Of a stretch of DNA of 64,000 nt, positions 1 to 13,831 are shown piece after piece; position 1 is the stretch's first letter; each line of letters opens with the position of its first letter. The position numbers and the translations under genes were made by a program. The DNA is from Amoebidium appalachense (taxonomy: Eukaryota > Protista > Ichthyosporea). Location of the stretch: assembly GCA_963693365.1 (NCBI GenBank), contig CAVNZM010000002.1:7842454-7906453 (forward strand), given 5' to 3'. The notes beneath the pieces were generated by a model, which saw nothing but the letters and a program-made list of their open reading frames with translations, was not told the DNA's origin and did not search any database.

Positions 1-156
1 GAGAATTCCGACAAGACTCAGGTAAGAAACGTAAGATCTTGTAGCAGAGGATTTTGAAAAAGCAAAGAAAAACTGGTTGTGGGGATGGGAGCATTCGGGA
101 TCTATAGTATTGGTAGACACAGCCATGCCCTTTTATGCATGTTCGGAGGAACCTAC

Positions 157-540
157 CCAAAGGCCATGGTCGAAGTCAAGCACAGCAGAAGTAATAATCA
201 CTGCCAGTGCGTAGCACATGAGCACGATCCTCACACACAGCAACCCCCATGCAGGCAGGAATTGTGACGTAACAAATCTCTCCGTGTCCAGGTAGTGCAA
301 CTTGAGCTGCCAACACTGTGCCCTCCACCCGCCAGCGTGGTACGTCAACAGTTCACTGTCTTTGTCTTGTTTCTGGTCTGCAACTTCAACAATGCACACT
401 GTTTCTAAATTTGCGGGTTTGAATTCGAAGTCGTGGGACTTCTTGGAATGCGCAGCTTCGACCTCCGCGGTGAATGTGGGGCTCTGCATAGTGGATTCAG
501 TGTTTGCGTTCGCAGAGTTGTAATCAGCTTGAGCTGCCAT
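157..540 (-). CDS. Rolling stone / FAR-17a-AIG1-like membrane protein, copy A, exon 1 only (gene runs off the window start)
   Basis: ATG at 540; 128 codons MAAQADYNS...LDTERFVTSQFLPAWGLLCVRIVLMCY...DHGLW, then donor GTAGGT at 156. Same exon boundary as, and strongly similar to, exon 1 of copies B and C. Confidence 0.85.
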
Positions 541-636
541 GATGGCTGGTAACCGATTGCTGCTGAAACACAAAGAACAAGAGTATCTGACAGAGTCAAT
601 CGGGCTGCGACGCTTCTTCAACTGAGCGGATGACCA

Positions 637-724
637 TTTATATACCTGTTGGATGGATCATGCATCCAATCATAATAGCGTTAAGGTGTCATCCAATCGT
701 TACAAACGCACCAGATCCGCCAAT
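637..724 (-). promoter_or_regulatory. Promoter of copy A: three CCAAT boxes plus TATA
   Basis: CCAAT at 666, 693 and 720 on +; TATATAAA on - at 644-637. The same arrangement is conserved upstream of copies B and C. Confidence 0.6.
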
Positions 725-1200
725 CAGATGCTTTCTAAAGCTTCTGTGAGTAACTTTTGTTTGCATCCGAACTCCGAACTTCTGAAGGAGAGGGAAAGCC
801 GACGCCCCTCTCGCCAGCTAACTGACCTGCTTTGAACAGTGTCCATCCCCCATCCCCTACCCCAGCTGTTTCTTGATGCTTTCATTTCTCTTTGCTGCTA
901 TGTTTTCAACCCTCTGCCTCAGTGCTTTCTGGTGTCATCTCTGGAATGTTTATCATCACATTCCAGCTTCCAGGGTGACCCTGCCGCCGCGTGGCACTGG
1001 CCGACAAATCTCCCTCTCAGAGTATTCTATCCCCCCCCCAAAAAAAATCTATTTTGATTTACCTTATATAGTCGTACTGTAGTACCGTCTGTGCAAGCAA
1101 AAAACATAAGAAAAGGTGATATTAGTTAGCTGCAAGCCAACAACTCTCACCCTAGAGTTGTTTATCTCCTAAGGAATGTAAACAAAATACCAATGCTGCT

Positions 1201-1450
1201 TGTGGAATGCCGCTGGCAGAGGCTGGGCCATGTGCCTGCGGATTTGTTTTTGGGGAGTCTTTGGTTCGCTCTTTGTTCCTAATTGCGGTAGTGAATAAAA
1301 ACTATATTATGAGCCCATATACATTATGTGGAATGCCGCTGGCAGAGGCTGGGCCATGTGCCTGCGGATTTGTTTTTGGGGAGTCTTTGGTTCGCTCTTT
1401 GTTCCTAATTGTGGTAGTGAATAAAAACTATATTATGAGCCCATATACAT
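1201..1450. repeat. Tandem duplication, 126-bp period, 2 copies
   Basis: TGTGGAATGCCGCTGGCAGAGG...CCCATATACAT starts at 1201 and 1327, nearly identical; lies between the divergent copies A and B. Confidence 0.95.
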
Positions 1451-2007
1451 CAGATTCGAAGCCAACACTCTAGCAGATAAATCCAAGCCATCACAAGCGG
1501 GCATACGCTTACGGAAAGGTAGCCCTACGTATACGTGGGCTCGATCAATATTGCTATTATAGCCTATGGCTGGCAGCCAACAGAATTCACCTTTGCTCAC
1601 GCCTTTTTCTTTCATTGACGTTTATTTGAGCAACAAAAGGAAATTAAAAAAAGGAATTTTTGATAGAATTGTATAGAATTCATGGGAACGTGAAATTTCT
1701 CATGTGTTCATGGGGAGATTTACATGATTATAACAGTTTGATAACCCTGGAAATGGAATGTTATGATGAACATTCCAGAGATGACAGAAAACACTGTGGT
1801 GACAATGCCGTTGACAACTTTGAGAAAGAGGTCCGTGAAAACAAGGGGAGCAGGAAATATAGCAGAAATAAGCAGAAAAAGGTGTTGGAGAGAGGATGGG
1901 GGATGGACACCGTCCGAGGCAGGCCAGCTAATAAGCTGACAAGAGGAGCGGCCTGAATTGGAATACGGCCCGTGTGTGAGGCAAACATAAGCTTTAGGAA
2001 GCATCTG

Positions 2008-2073
2008 ATTGGAGGATCTGGTGCCTTTTTCCCTTTCTTGATTGGATGTGTGGCCTGTGCGACAGGTATATAT
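2008..2073 (+). promoter_or_regulatory. Promoter of copy B: two inverted CCAAT boxes plus TATA
   Basis: ATTGG at 2008 and 2041, TATATAT at 2067, about 85 bp upstream of ATG 2151. Confidence 0.55.
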
Positions 2074-2150
2074 TTGAGCATCCGCCCACTTGAGTGGCCG
2101 ATTGACTCTCTTGTTCTTTGTGTTCCGGCTGGCAGCCATCACCTACCATC

Positions 2151-4438
<2,288 letters not shown>

Positions 4439-5350
4439 TTATTAGTTAGAATGTGCACGTGTGTGCCGTTCGTTCATTTCAACGCTATCAGGCAATGGTT
4501 GCATTCAATATGCACATATAGCTTCATTCCTTCTGCTCTCGTGCGGCATCGGCTTGCAGGTTAATGTTAGATAAGCTTTGCATCGGAAATACAACAAAAA
4601 TATTAATGATGATATTTGGTTAGCGATTCCATAAGAGTCGGGTGCCTCCTAAGATAAGCCGTTGAGATATAATAATTAGTTAGATGTTCCTAAATCACAT
4701 TGGTGGCTGGTTTTCATGGCTCCACAGGCATGCCTGAATGAAACCATTAATTATTGATACTGGGCCTTAACAGTATTTTAGGACTGAGGCCACAGGTGTC
4801 ACTGAGTTTCAATCTTTATTCGAACATCGAAAATAGTGAAGACATGCATGAATGCTCGGGGTACCTGTGTATAGCCCTTGAGATATATTAAAACAGATAT
4901 TGAAATACCCACTTGTTCCAACCACACAGTCGTGCAACAATATTAGTAGAATCAGTAGCTGGGACATAAAAATGGCACTTATATATGCCTTACGATTGCC
5001 TTATGAGAAATTGGTCTTTTTAGTTAAGTACTTCTCAGGACTCCATGCTTCCCGAAAAGCAAATGTTTTCGTACAATTTATTAATTTTTTTCCGTGTTTG
5101 AGAAAATGCAGTGCAAGTGTGTCTGACGTGGAACCCTCCATGCCTGTAGAAGTGTGTGCCTTTGACGTGCACACAACACGTGGTAAAAAAGGTGTACGAG
5201 GAGTCGTTGGTTTAATCACGGTAACCGGTGTCGGAAGGGGATAATGAGAGAGGTGGGTAGATAGGGGGGAGAGGGCGGGGATAGAGAAAGGGGGCGGAGG
5301 GGGGAAGGGGGGCGGGGGAGAAGAGGGGGGAGATAGGGCGGGGGGGGGGG

Positions 5351-5384
<34 letters not shown>

Positions 5385-5623
5385 GAGAGAGAGATCGAGA
5401 TCGAGAGAAAGAGAGAGAGGGAGAGAGGAGAGTGAGAGAGGGAAGGTTGGAGAGAGAGAGAGAGAGAGAAAAAGAGAGAGAGAGAGAGAAAGAGAGGGGG
5501 GGGGGGGGGGGGAGAGAAGAGGGCAGAGAGAGAGAAAGAGCGAGAAAGGGTGGGTGGGGGGGAGGGGGAGGGGGGGCAGGGGGAGAGGCAGAGAGTGAGG
5601 GGTTGGGGCCCCCACCATCTGTC

Positions 5624-5671
<48 letters not shown>

Positions 5672-5910
5672 GCCGCGCATGAACGTGATCCGGCCATGAT
5701 CATGGCCGGAGTCTCTTTTCCACCCACCAAAGTGACATGGATCCGACGTGTATTCGTTACTTTTTTTTTTGTGCTTCCGTTTTGGCCACACGGTGACTGA
5801 TTCATCTCTCTCTCTCTCTTTCTCTTCTCTCTCTTTCCCTCTCTCTCCCCCCCCCTCCCCCCCCCCCCCCCCCCCCCCTTCCCCAATCACACACACACGC
5901 ACCACACAAC

Positions 5911-6000
<90 letters not shown>

Positions 6001-6034
6001 CACACGCACACACGCACACACACAGGTGCACACA

Positions 6035-6108
<74 letters not shown>

Positions 6109-6395
6109 CACACACACACACACACACATCCCACCCCTTAGTGCTGGTGCTCTTGCATGCTCCCTGTGTATTCTTTGCAAGGCTCCCCCCGGATCCACCC
6201 GCATCACTCACCTTCCTCCCTCCCCCCCCTCCCTAACCCTAGGTATACCATCTTCTAACGACCCTTCCACCTCCCTCCTTCCGGCCCCGTCCGCCTCACT
6301 CCACCTCCCCCTCCCCTCCCCCCCCCCCCCCCCTCGCCCTGCTCATTTGCAAAAGTAAAGGCACGTGTATATTGCGCACGAACGCACACCTACCC

Positions 6396-6448
<53 letters not shown>

Positions 6449-6457
6449 TACACATAC

Positions 6458-6490
<33 letters not shown>

Positions 6491-6519
6491 ACACACACAC
6501 ACACATATATATATACACA

Positions 6520-6628
<109 letters not shown>

Positions 6629-7335
6629 TGCAATGGCCAACTATTTCAAATTATGAATTCTTGGGGGCAAGGTTTGTTAAACGTGCTAACCATGCATTTT
6701 AAATAATACGTATGTGTGTGTGGTGCACGTGTGGGTGACTGTATCTGCATGTTCATGTCGGGTGCTCATTGCTGGTCAAAGTTTGTGCACCTCGTGTGCG
6801 TGTGTGGTACATGCGTGTTCACGGGTTTGTGAATTAAATACGTGTGAAAGTGTGTGCGCGTGTGCGCACGCGGTGGAGTGGCTAGCTAGAAACGAGTCCG
6901 AGACGGGAGGGGGGGGGGGGAGGGGGGGGTGAGTATGACATTACGACTTATAGCCTGAGTTTCAGGTGATCAAGAGTGACTTCTATTAGTTAGGGGGTTT
7001 ATGCACTTTGTATTGCTGCGGGCATCGTCAGGGGCCCAGCCTCACTTGACGGCCTACTGCGTTTTCCGGCGCAGCCAATCAAATGCATATAGTGACTTAT
7101 GTACACTGTATGCAATAAAACAACCCTAGTATAGATTATGGATAAGCAGAAGCTAGCATTGGTAGCTCCGAGAGAAAGTTTAGAGCCTCAATCAATGTTT
7201 ACGTTTGGGGAATGTATGTAAACGATATATGATTTAAGCAAATTGATGTAATAATGAGGTTATCTGATATAGTCATGTGTGACGGCAGCCTATGGAGTTT
7301 ATACCGGTGGGTCCTGAAGTATGGCTCACAAAAAG

Positions 7336-7411
7336 GCCTCCTCCATCGGGATTTGAACCCGAGCACTTGGTGTCCTTAGGCCGGTGGCTTGACCATCTGG
7401 GCCAAAAAGGC
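7336..7411 (-). other. tRNA-like Pol III module inside the 3' LTR
   Basis: 76 nt: GCCTTTT...AGGAGGC acceptor-like stem, A box TGGCCCAGATGG, perfect T-arm TCGGG-TTCAAAT-CCCGA (B box), followed by C and TTTTT. The anticodon stem does not pair, so not called a functional tRNA. Confidence 0.75.
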
Positions 7412-9014
7412 TACCTCTCTACTACAGAGAGACACCAAGGCCATACATACCACAACCCCCCCTCCCAACAGGCTTCGTCCTCGAAGTCGTCACACATTTA
7501 GCACCGGGCTTGTACCCGTTGTGCCGTGTCACCCACCCACAAAGTGTACACTTGTGTGCGCTTCTTGACACCTCACCTCGTTAGAGTCCGGGGTTCTTCA
7601 ATATGTGACTCATTCAAGGATCGCTCATCTGCGATGATCATCTGATCCGGGCGGCGTCCGCACCTCCCCCAGGTGATTTTCAAAAGATGAAATCTGAAAT
7701 ATTACGGAAGCGACGAAGCGCGCTGGTTAAATCTGAGATATCCAGATGTGATCGTACGCTGTCGCCGGCATACTGCCAGCGCCCTACAGATTTGATCGTA
7801 TCATCCCATTTCGGGTCATAGTGCGCCAAAATCTGGGGCCGTACGATCAAATCTGGTTTGTTTTGGGCCCGATCGGATTGGTTAGCGGCGCTTCCAAAAA
7901 AGGCTAGCCAATATGATAAAAACCATTGGCCAATTCTCTGCAGTAGAATCGACATGAAAATAGCTATATATGGGTTGTCGGTCATCCAATTAAATGCGGC
8001 GGATATCAAGGGGTTGATGCGGGACAATATCCAGTTGTCCGGCGTCGAGGCCGCGGGCCTCGAGCTTTATTATTATTACTATAAAAACATGGAGCCGTGC
8101 GTACGTACATACATATATATATATATATATATATACATACACACACGTACATATCATATACTGTATATAGTGCGCGTGTGTTCGGGTGTTACACCCAACT
8201 ACAGTATGGCAAATGTTATATGGCTTACTCCGTGTACCTGCAGGTAATCGAAACTCCAACATGCATGCCAACAACAAGTGAGGAAGCAATGCACATGTAT
8301 GAAAATACTATAAAATCACCTATAGGTCTTCGCGGTCCAGAATATTGCTGCAGTCTAATTTGATGTCCGGAAGAAGCCACAGTAGAGTACCGGAAGTAAA
8401 TTCGAGCACCGCTGTCATCGTTTCTGCAAAGAAACACACATGTTAATGATATATTCCTTCATAGACACATGTAAATGACATATTCCCTTAATAGCCTCAC
8501 GTCCTTCTGGTGTATGCATTAAGTTCTTTTTTTATTTTTTTATTGCCTCTATGAAGAAGGCTCAGTATTTGCTGCACGAGGTAACATTCCACTATGGACC
8601 TATCACATGCACTAGGTGCATATCTCATTTTTTGATAAGTCGTACAAACACAGGGATATGTGTCTGTGTGTGTAGGGGGGACCGCGCTCTCTGCATCCGA
8701 GCAGATGCAGGAGGAGGGAAAAAAGATGTGATATGACCAGGTAAAAAGATGAGAGACGTATGTACATGTGTACATTTGAGTTTTTAGAATCGTGTCTTCG
8801 AGTAGTCTTTTTCATTTAAGTGGTGAGAGTGAGTGAGTGAGTGAATGAGTGTGGCGAGAAGAGGGAAGGGATGCAGAGGGGTGGGGGGTTAGGAGGTTGG
8901 GGCAGTCGGGCGGGCGGGAATGGGCGGGTCGGGGGGGGGGGGGGGGGGGAGGGCATGCATCCAGTACCTTATTTATTCTCTGGATTCCCGAGCCGTGTAT
9001 TGATGGGTGTTGTT

Positions 9015-9208
9015 TTACGTTGCTGTGGCCAAATGACTATGCAAGCCTTTGCGTGCATTGTCGCAGGCGATGCTCCCCCCCCTCTTTATGGCCTTGTAGA
9101 CAGCATCGGTTGCAGGGTCCAGGGATCCAGTGACGAGGTAGTTGGTCATGACTGAAAGGAGTGGGGAGGGGGGTGGGAGGGAGAGAGGGAGGGAAGGAGG
9201 GGAGGGAA

Positions 9209-9249
<41 letters not shown>

Positions 9250-9432
9250 GGGGGGGGGAGGGGGGGATGACAGTGATGCAGAGGAGCTTGGGCCTTTCTT
9301 ACGGAAGGCAAAAAGAATTGGGTGGCAATGAATGTGGGAATGGGAATAAGGGAGTCGAAGATGAGGGTAGGGTTGGTGGTGGTGGTGGTGGTGGTGGTGG
9401 TGGTGGTGGTGGTGGTAATGGTGTGTGTGTGT

Positions 9433-9472
<40 letters not shown>

Positions 9473-9525
9473 AAGGGAGACAATTACCCGGGGTGAGGGA
9501 GAAGGGCAAAGGGGCATATCAGAAA

Positions 9526-9599
<74 letters not shown>

Positions 9600-10091
9600 C
9601 CGATGTATATGTCTACGTGTGTATGTGCGCGCAGATTTATGCCCAGTGTGCTTGTGTGTGTGTGCATGTGTGCGTGCGTATGCATGTAAACGCGTGTGTG
9701 GGTACCAGTGTAGTGAGTGTGTGCCGCTATATTTTGTGTGCCTCCCTGTGTGCTTTCACCGGTGTGTGTGTGTGTGGGTGTGTGTGTGTATGTGTGGTAT
9801 GTGTGTGTGTGTGTGTGTGTGTGCCTGATGATATGTCTGTGTGTGTATGTGTGCCCATGTGCATGTTTGTGCATGGTGTGAGGGAGAAGGGCAAAGGGGC
9901 ATATCAGAAGGTGTGTGTATGTGTGTGCCCGATATATGTGTCTGTGTGTATGTGCACACAGATTTGCGCTCGGTGTGCTTGTGTGTGTGTTCATGTGTGC
10001 GTGCGCCTGCATGTAAACGTGTGTGTGGGTACCGGTGTAGTGAGTGTGTACCAATTTATTTTGTTTGCCTCCCTGTGTGTTTTCACCACTG

Positions 10092-10138
<47 letters not shown>

Positions 10139-10139
10139 A

Positions 10140-10177
<38 letters not shown>

Positions 10178-11206
10178 CGGCACGTATATGTGCGTGCATG
10201 TGTATGTGCGTGCTAGTATGGTCACGTACGGTACACCAGGTGAGTTTTGGCGGGATCAAGCTGCCCGACCGTGCCCACTCCAAGTAAGCGAGCTGTTTTC
10301 CCGTGACACACAAACGAGTTGTTGACCAGCTCATCGGTTGTAAAGATGTCATCAGTAAGAATACTTGCCGATATGGTGGGCTTGTTGGCACTCCAGGCAG
10401 CCCGCACGGCCTTTTTGGTGAATGCAGCCTGTGGTAAAGCGAGAAAGGGAGGGAGGATGGGGGGGGGGGGGGGACAACATATGGAAGTGCCGAAAGATTA
10501 AAATGTTGCTCACCTAACACGAAGCTTTCTTACGTGGTTTTACGTGGTTTCAAGACTACATCATCGTGCACCACCATGTTTGGTTGGTTGGTTTGGCTGT
10601 TTGATTAGGAGGAAACGGGGAAGTGGTGTGTGTGCCTGCGTGTGTGTGCGCACGTGCATGTACGTGTCTGTCTGTGTGTGTGTGTGTATGTGTGTGTGTG
10701 TAGGTTGGGTACCGGCCTGCAATACTAAAGGTATGCAATTCTTATTCAGATTTATGCCCAGTGTGCTTGTGTGTGTGTGCATGTGTGCGTGCGTATGCAT
10801 GTAAACGCGTGTGTGGGTACCAGTGTAGTGAGTGTGTGCCGCTATATTTTGTGTGCCTCCCTGTGTGCTTTCACCGGTGTGTGTGTGTGTGGGTGTGTGT
10901 GTGTATGTGTGGTATGTGTGTGTGTGTGTGTGTGTGTGCCTGATGATATGTCTGTGTGTGTATGTGTGCCCATGTGCATGTTTGTGCATGGTGTGAGGGA
11001 GAAGGGCAAAGGGGCATATCAGAAGGTGTGTGTATGTGTGTGCCCGATATATGTGTCTGTGTGTATGTGCACACAGATTTGCGCTCGGTGTGCTTGTGTG
11101 TGTGTTCATGTGTGCGTGCGCCTGCATGTAAACGTGTGTGTGGGTACCGGTGTAGTGAGTGTGTACCAATTTATTTTGTTTGCCTCCCTGTGTGTTTTCA
11201 CCACTG

Positions 11207-11253
<47 letters not shown>

Positions 11254-11254
11254 A

Positions 11255-11290
<36 letters not shown>

Positions 11291-12680
11291 CGGCACGTAT
11301 ATGTGCGTGCATGTGTATGTGCGTGCTAGTATGGTCACGTACGGTACACCAGGTGAGTTTTGGCGGGATCAAGCTGCCCGACCGTGCCCACTCCAAGTAA
11401 GCGAGCTGTTTTCCCGTGACACACAAACGAGTTGTTGACCAGCTCATCGGTTGTAAAGATGTCATCAGTAAGAATACTTGCCGATATGGTGGGCTTGTTG
11501 GCACTCCAGGCAGCCCGCACGGCCTTTTTGGTGAATGCAGCCTGTGGTAAAGCGAGAAAGGGAGGGAGGATGGGGGGGGGGGGGGGACAACATATGGAAG
11601 TGCCGAAAGATTAAAATGTTGCTCACCTAACACGAAGCTTTCTTACGTGGTTTTACGTGGTTTCAAGACTACATCATCGTGCACCACCATGTTTGGTTGG
11701 TTGGTTTGGCTGTTTGATTAGGAGGAAACGGGGAAGTGGTGTGTGTGCCTGCGTGTGTGTGCGCACGTGCATGTACGTGTCTGTCTGTGTGTGTGTGTGT
11801 ATGTGTGTGTGTGTAGGTTGGGTACCGGCCTGCAATACTAAAGGTATGCAATTCTTACCCCCGGTTTGTTGTGCTAGCCGTTCTCCGTTGTGTGTGTGTG
11901 CGCACGAGCGCGAGTGTGTGTGCGTGTGTGTGTGTACGTGTGTGTGTGTGTGTTTGTGTGTGTAAGTACCACAAAGACAAGAAAACCCGTGAAGAGAGCC
12001 CTTAAACCAGAGAGTAACTACAAGGCGAAAAAAAGTAGGTCACGGTGGCGACTACTTTTGTTTCCTCTGTACAATCTTTGCCTAGGTGAACCCCCCACCC
12101 CACTCCCCCACCTCCTTCCCCCCTTCTCCTCCTGCATTCCCCACTTCTCCTCCTGCACAAAACAAAAAGGCGGCGGGGGGGGGTTGTCCTCTTTGGGATA
12201 ACTTGTCTTTCGTTCTGTTCATATAAAGACAAGGTGTGGTCTCCGTATACTTATGACACACTGATAAGCCTTCCTCTATGGCAGACAAAACTAGTCTTTT
12301 TACACACGTTTAGTGACTTTTGAGACCCTTACCAGCAACAGCAGCGGGGAGTCTGGACACAACTTCTCCCTGGAACCACTGCAGCGTACCGACGTTCATC
12401 TGCACCCAGGGGATGTACACAGTGCTGCCCACCGTGGGTTCCTTGGTTAAACTCTCTGGTGCCCTTTTGGCATCCCAACCTTCATCAAACTCGCAAAGCG
12501 ACCGCAACTGGTACACATCCATGTCACCATCGTGGGCCTGAACTACAAACCAATCACCTCCCAAATCAATGTGTGTTTCCACGGATTACCCTCGTGGCTT
12601 TTATCAGGCTTTATGCCCTTTGGTGGGTACTTCTCAACTGGGAGACTGGCAGGCACCAGACTATAGTTAGAGACGCCCAT
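9015..12680 (-). CDS. Spliced transposon-borne gene, predicted BEN-domain protein (partial model)
   Basis: Exon 10428-10230 (AAFTKKAVR...ASILTDDIFTTDELVNNSFVCHGK...GQLDPAKTHLVY) splices in phase 1 to the last exon 9151-9015 (LMTNY...AVYKAIKRGGSIACDNARK...stop), giving the BEN-like pattern F-T-x-x-E-L...LDPxK...I-x-C-x-x-x-R. 5' exons are about 12680-12590 and 12542-12333 (PTVGSTVYIPW...WFQGEVV). Middle exons unresolved. Confidence 0.6.
9632..11857. repeat. Near-perfect tandem duplication, period 1113-1115 bp
   Basis: 9632-10744 is repeated at 10747-11857; duplicates the BEN exon (10230-10428 and 11343-11541). Confidence 0.95.
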
Positions 12681-13046
12681 GTTGGCAGATCGCTCAGTGA
12701 GGCTAAGACACACCTAATTCTAGCTGAGATATGAGCTGTGAAGTGTTTAACTTCTGTGGGAAACTGTGACGTGCTGGTTGAAGTGGGCTGCAATTTTAAA
12801 CTAAACACCACGGATCGATGACCGTTTGTGTGTGTCCGTTTGGCCGTTGCCCGCCACTACTCTTCCACCAATCATTGATCGAGAAGTCAAATTGGGTACT
12901 GGCCCGGCCCGATGGTATGCCGGGTCAACGTGCAAGGAAGCTCGAAAAAAAAAAATCAACCCCTTCTTTTCCGTTTTCAAAACACAGCAGAACCTACGGT
13001 AAACCTATGTACTATCCTAGGAACGTGCCGCAGTGTACCGTCGCAG

Positions 13047-13369
13047 AATGTCCGGCTATATAGTATTATTCACAAGAAAATCCACCTTCCCCCAGTGTAC
13101 GGAAACGGGATCTATAACCCAGTAGTGTTAAAACAATTCCTTTCACCGAAAGAGGCAAACGTTTTGGTAGAAGAACTGCACAAGGTTCAAGCAGAAGAAA
13201 AACTGTCTTACCGATCGTACTCGTACAACTTCGGTTGGGTTGGTTTTGTTTGAGCATCTGGGTGAGCTGTATATCCCAACTCTGGAACGGTCGAGAGACT
13301 TGTGTTTTTTGGCTGGAAGTTACACTAGGGAATTTCGTGAGTCCGTGCTCGATGTTATAGGGGATCTCG
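13047..13369 (+). pseudogene. Exon-like coding fragment inside the transposon, possibly a 2OG-Fe(II) oxygenase N-terminus
   Basis: CAG acceptor at 13046; reads NVRLYSII...VVLKQFLSPKEANVLVEEL..., frameshift near 13250, continues FEHLGELYIP...VLDVIGDL to donor GTAATG at 13370. No catalytic HxD motif visible. Confidence 0.3.
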
Positions 13370-13758
13370 GTAATGTAAAACTGATTTAATAGTAATCTGT
13401 TAAATGGCCTACCCCACTAGTACCAACAAATGTATGGTACATATATACGTGCGCATATATGCATGCATCACTGCAACCCCGGGGGCCGGGCGCACTGCCG
13501 GCGCTGGCGCCGGAGGCGGCGTCAGTGCAGATCGATCGCGCCTATTGGTTGAAGCTGTTAGTCGCACATTCCATTTCACGTTCCATTTATACGATAGAAT
13601 ACGGTGATACCAGGCTCTGCCAGATGTGTTCGATTTTGGCTTCGTCTCACCAGCCACATTTCAGATTTTGTCGTTCGGCATCGCAAAAAGCCATATCACT
13701 TCATATTTGAACTTTTCAAAATCACCTGGGCCACCACTGAAGTATGGCTCACAAAAAG

Positions 13759-13831
13759 GCCTCCTCCATCGGGATTTGAACCCGGGCACTTGGTGTCCTT
13801 AGGCCGGTCAAGCCATCTGGGCGAAAAAGGC
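13759..13831 (-). other. tRNA-like Pol III module inside the 5' LTR
   Basis: Homologue of 7336-7411 with intact B box GGTTCAAATCCC; A-box region altered by a micro-inversion (TGGCTTGACC vs TGGTCAAGCCA). Confidence 0.7.

Larger units (their letters stand above)
7668..13730. mobile_element. DNA transposon with CCCAGG TIRs and 2-bp TSD (CMC/EnSpm-like); no transposase seen
   Basis: Left end CCCAGGTGATTTTCAAAAGATGAAATCTGAA; right end reverse complement CCCAGGTGATTTTGAAAAGTTCAAATATGAA (27/31). CC duplicated on both sides. Removing it restores the host element's PBS. Confidence 0.85.

Noticed and set aside
1201-1467. Solo LTR (TGTGG...CCAACA) with AATAAA
   Set aside because: Flanks do not form a TSD and the TGTGGAAT start is shared with the paralogous upstream region at 14201.
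5100-6360. Exon-like islands between microsatellites
   Set aside because: No consistent splice model or recognisable protein.
7336-7411. Functional tRNA-Leu(AAG) gene
   Set aside because: A CT-AAG-GA loop is present but the anticodon stem does not pair, there are extra bases after the T-arm, and it lies inside an LTR.
7455-7667. Retrozyme (hammerhead) in the miniature LTR element
   Set aside because: No CTGATGA...GAAA core found on either strand of the LTR or interior.
8300-8620. Possible extra minus-strand exons inside the CCCAGG element
   Set aside because: Short, unrecognisable peptides with no transposase motifs.
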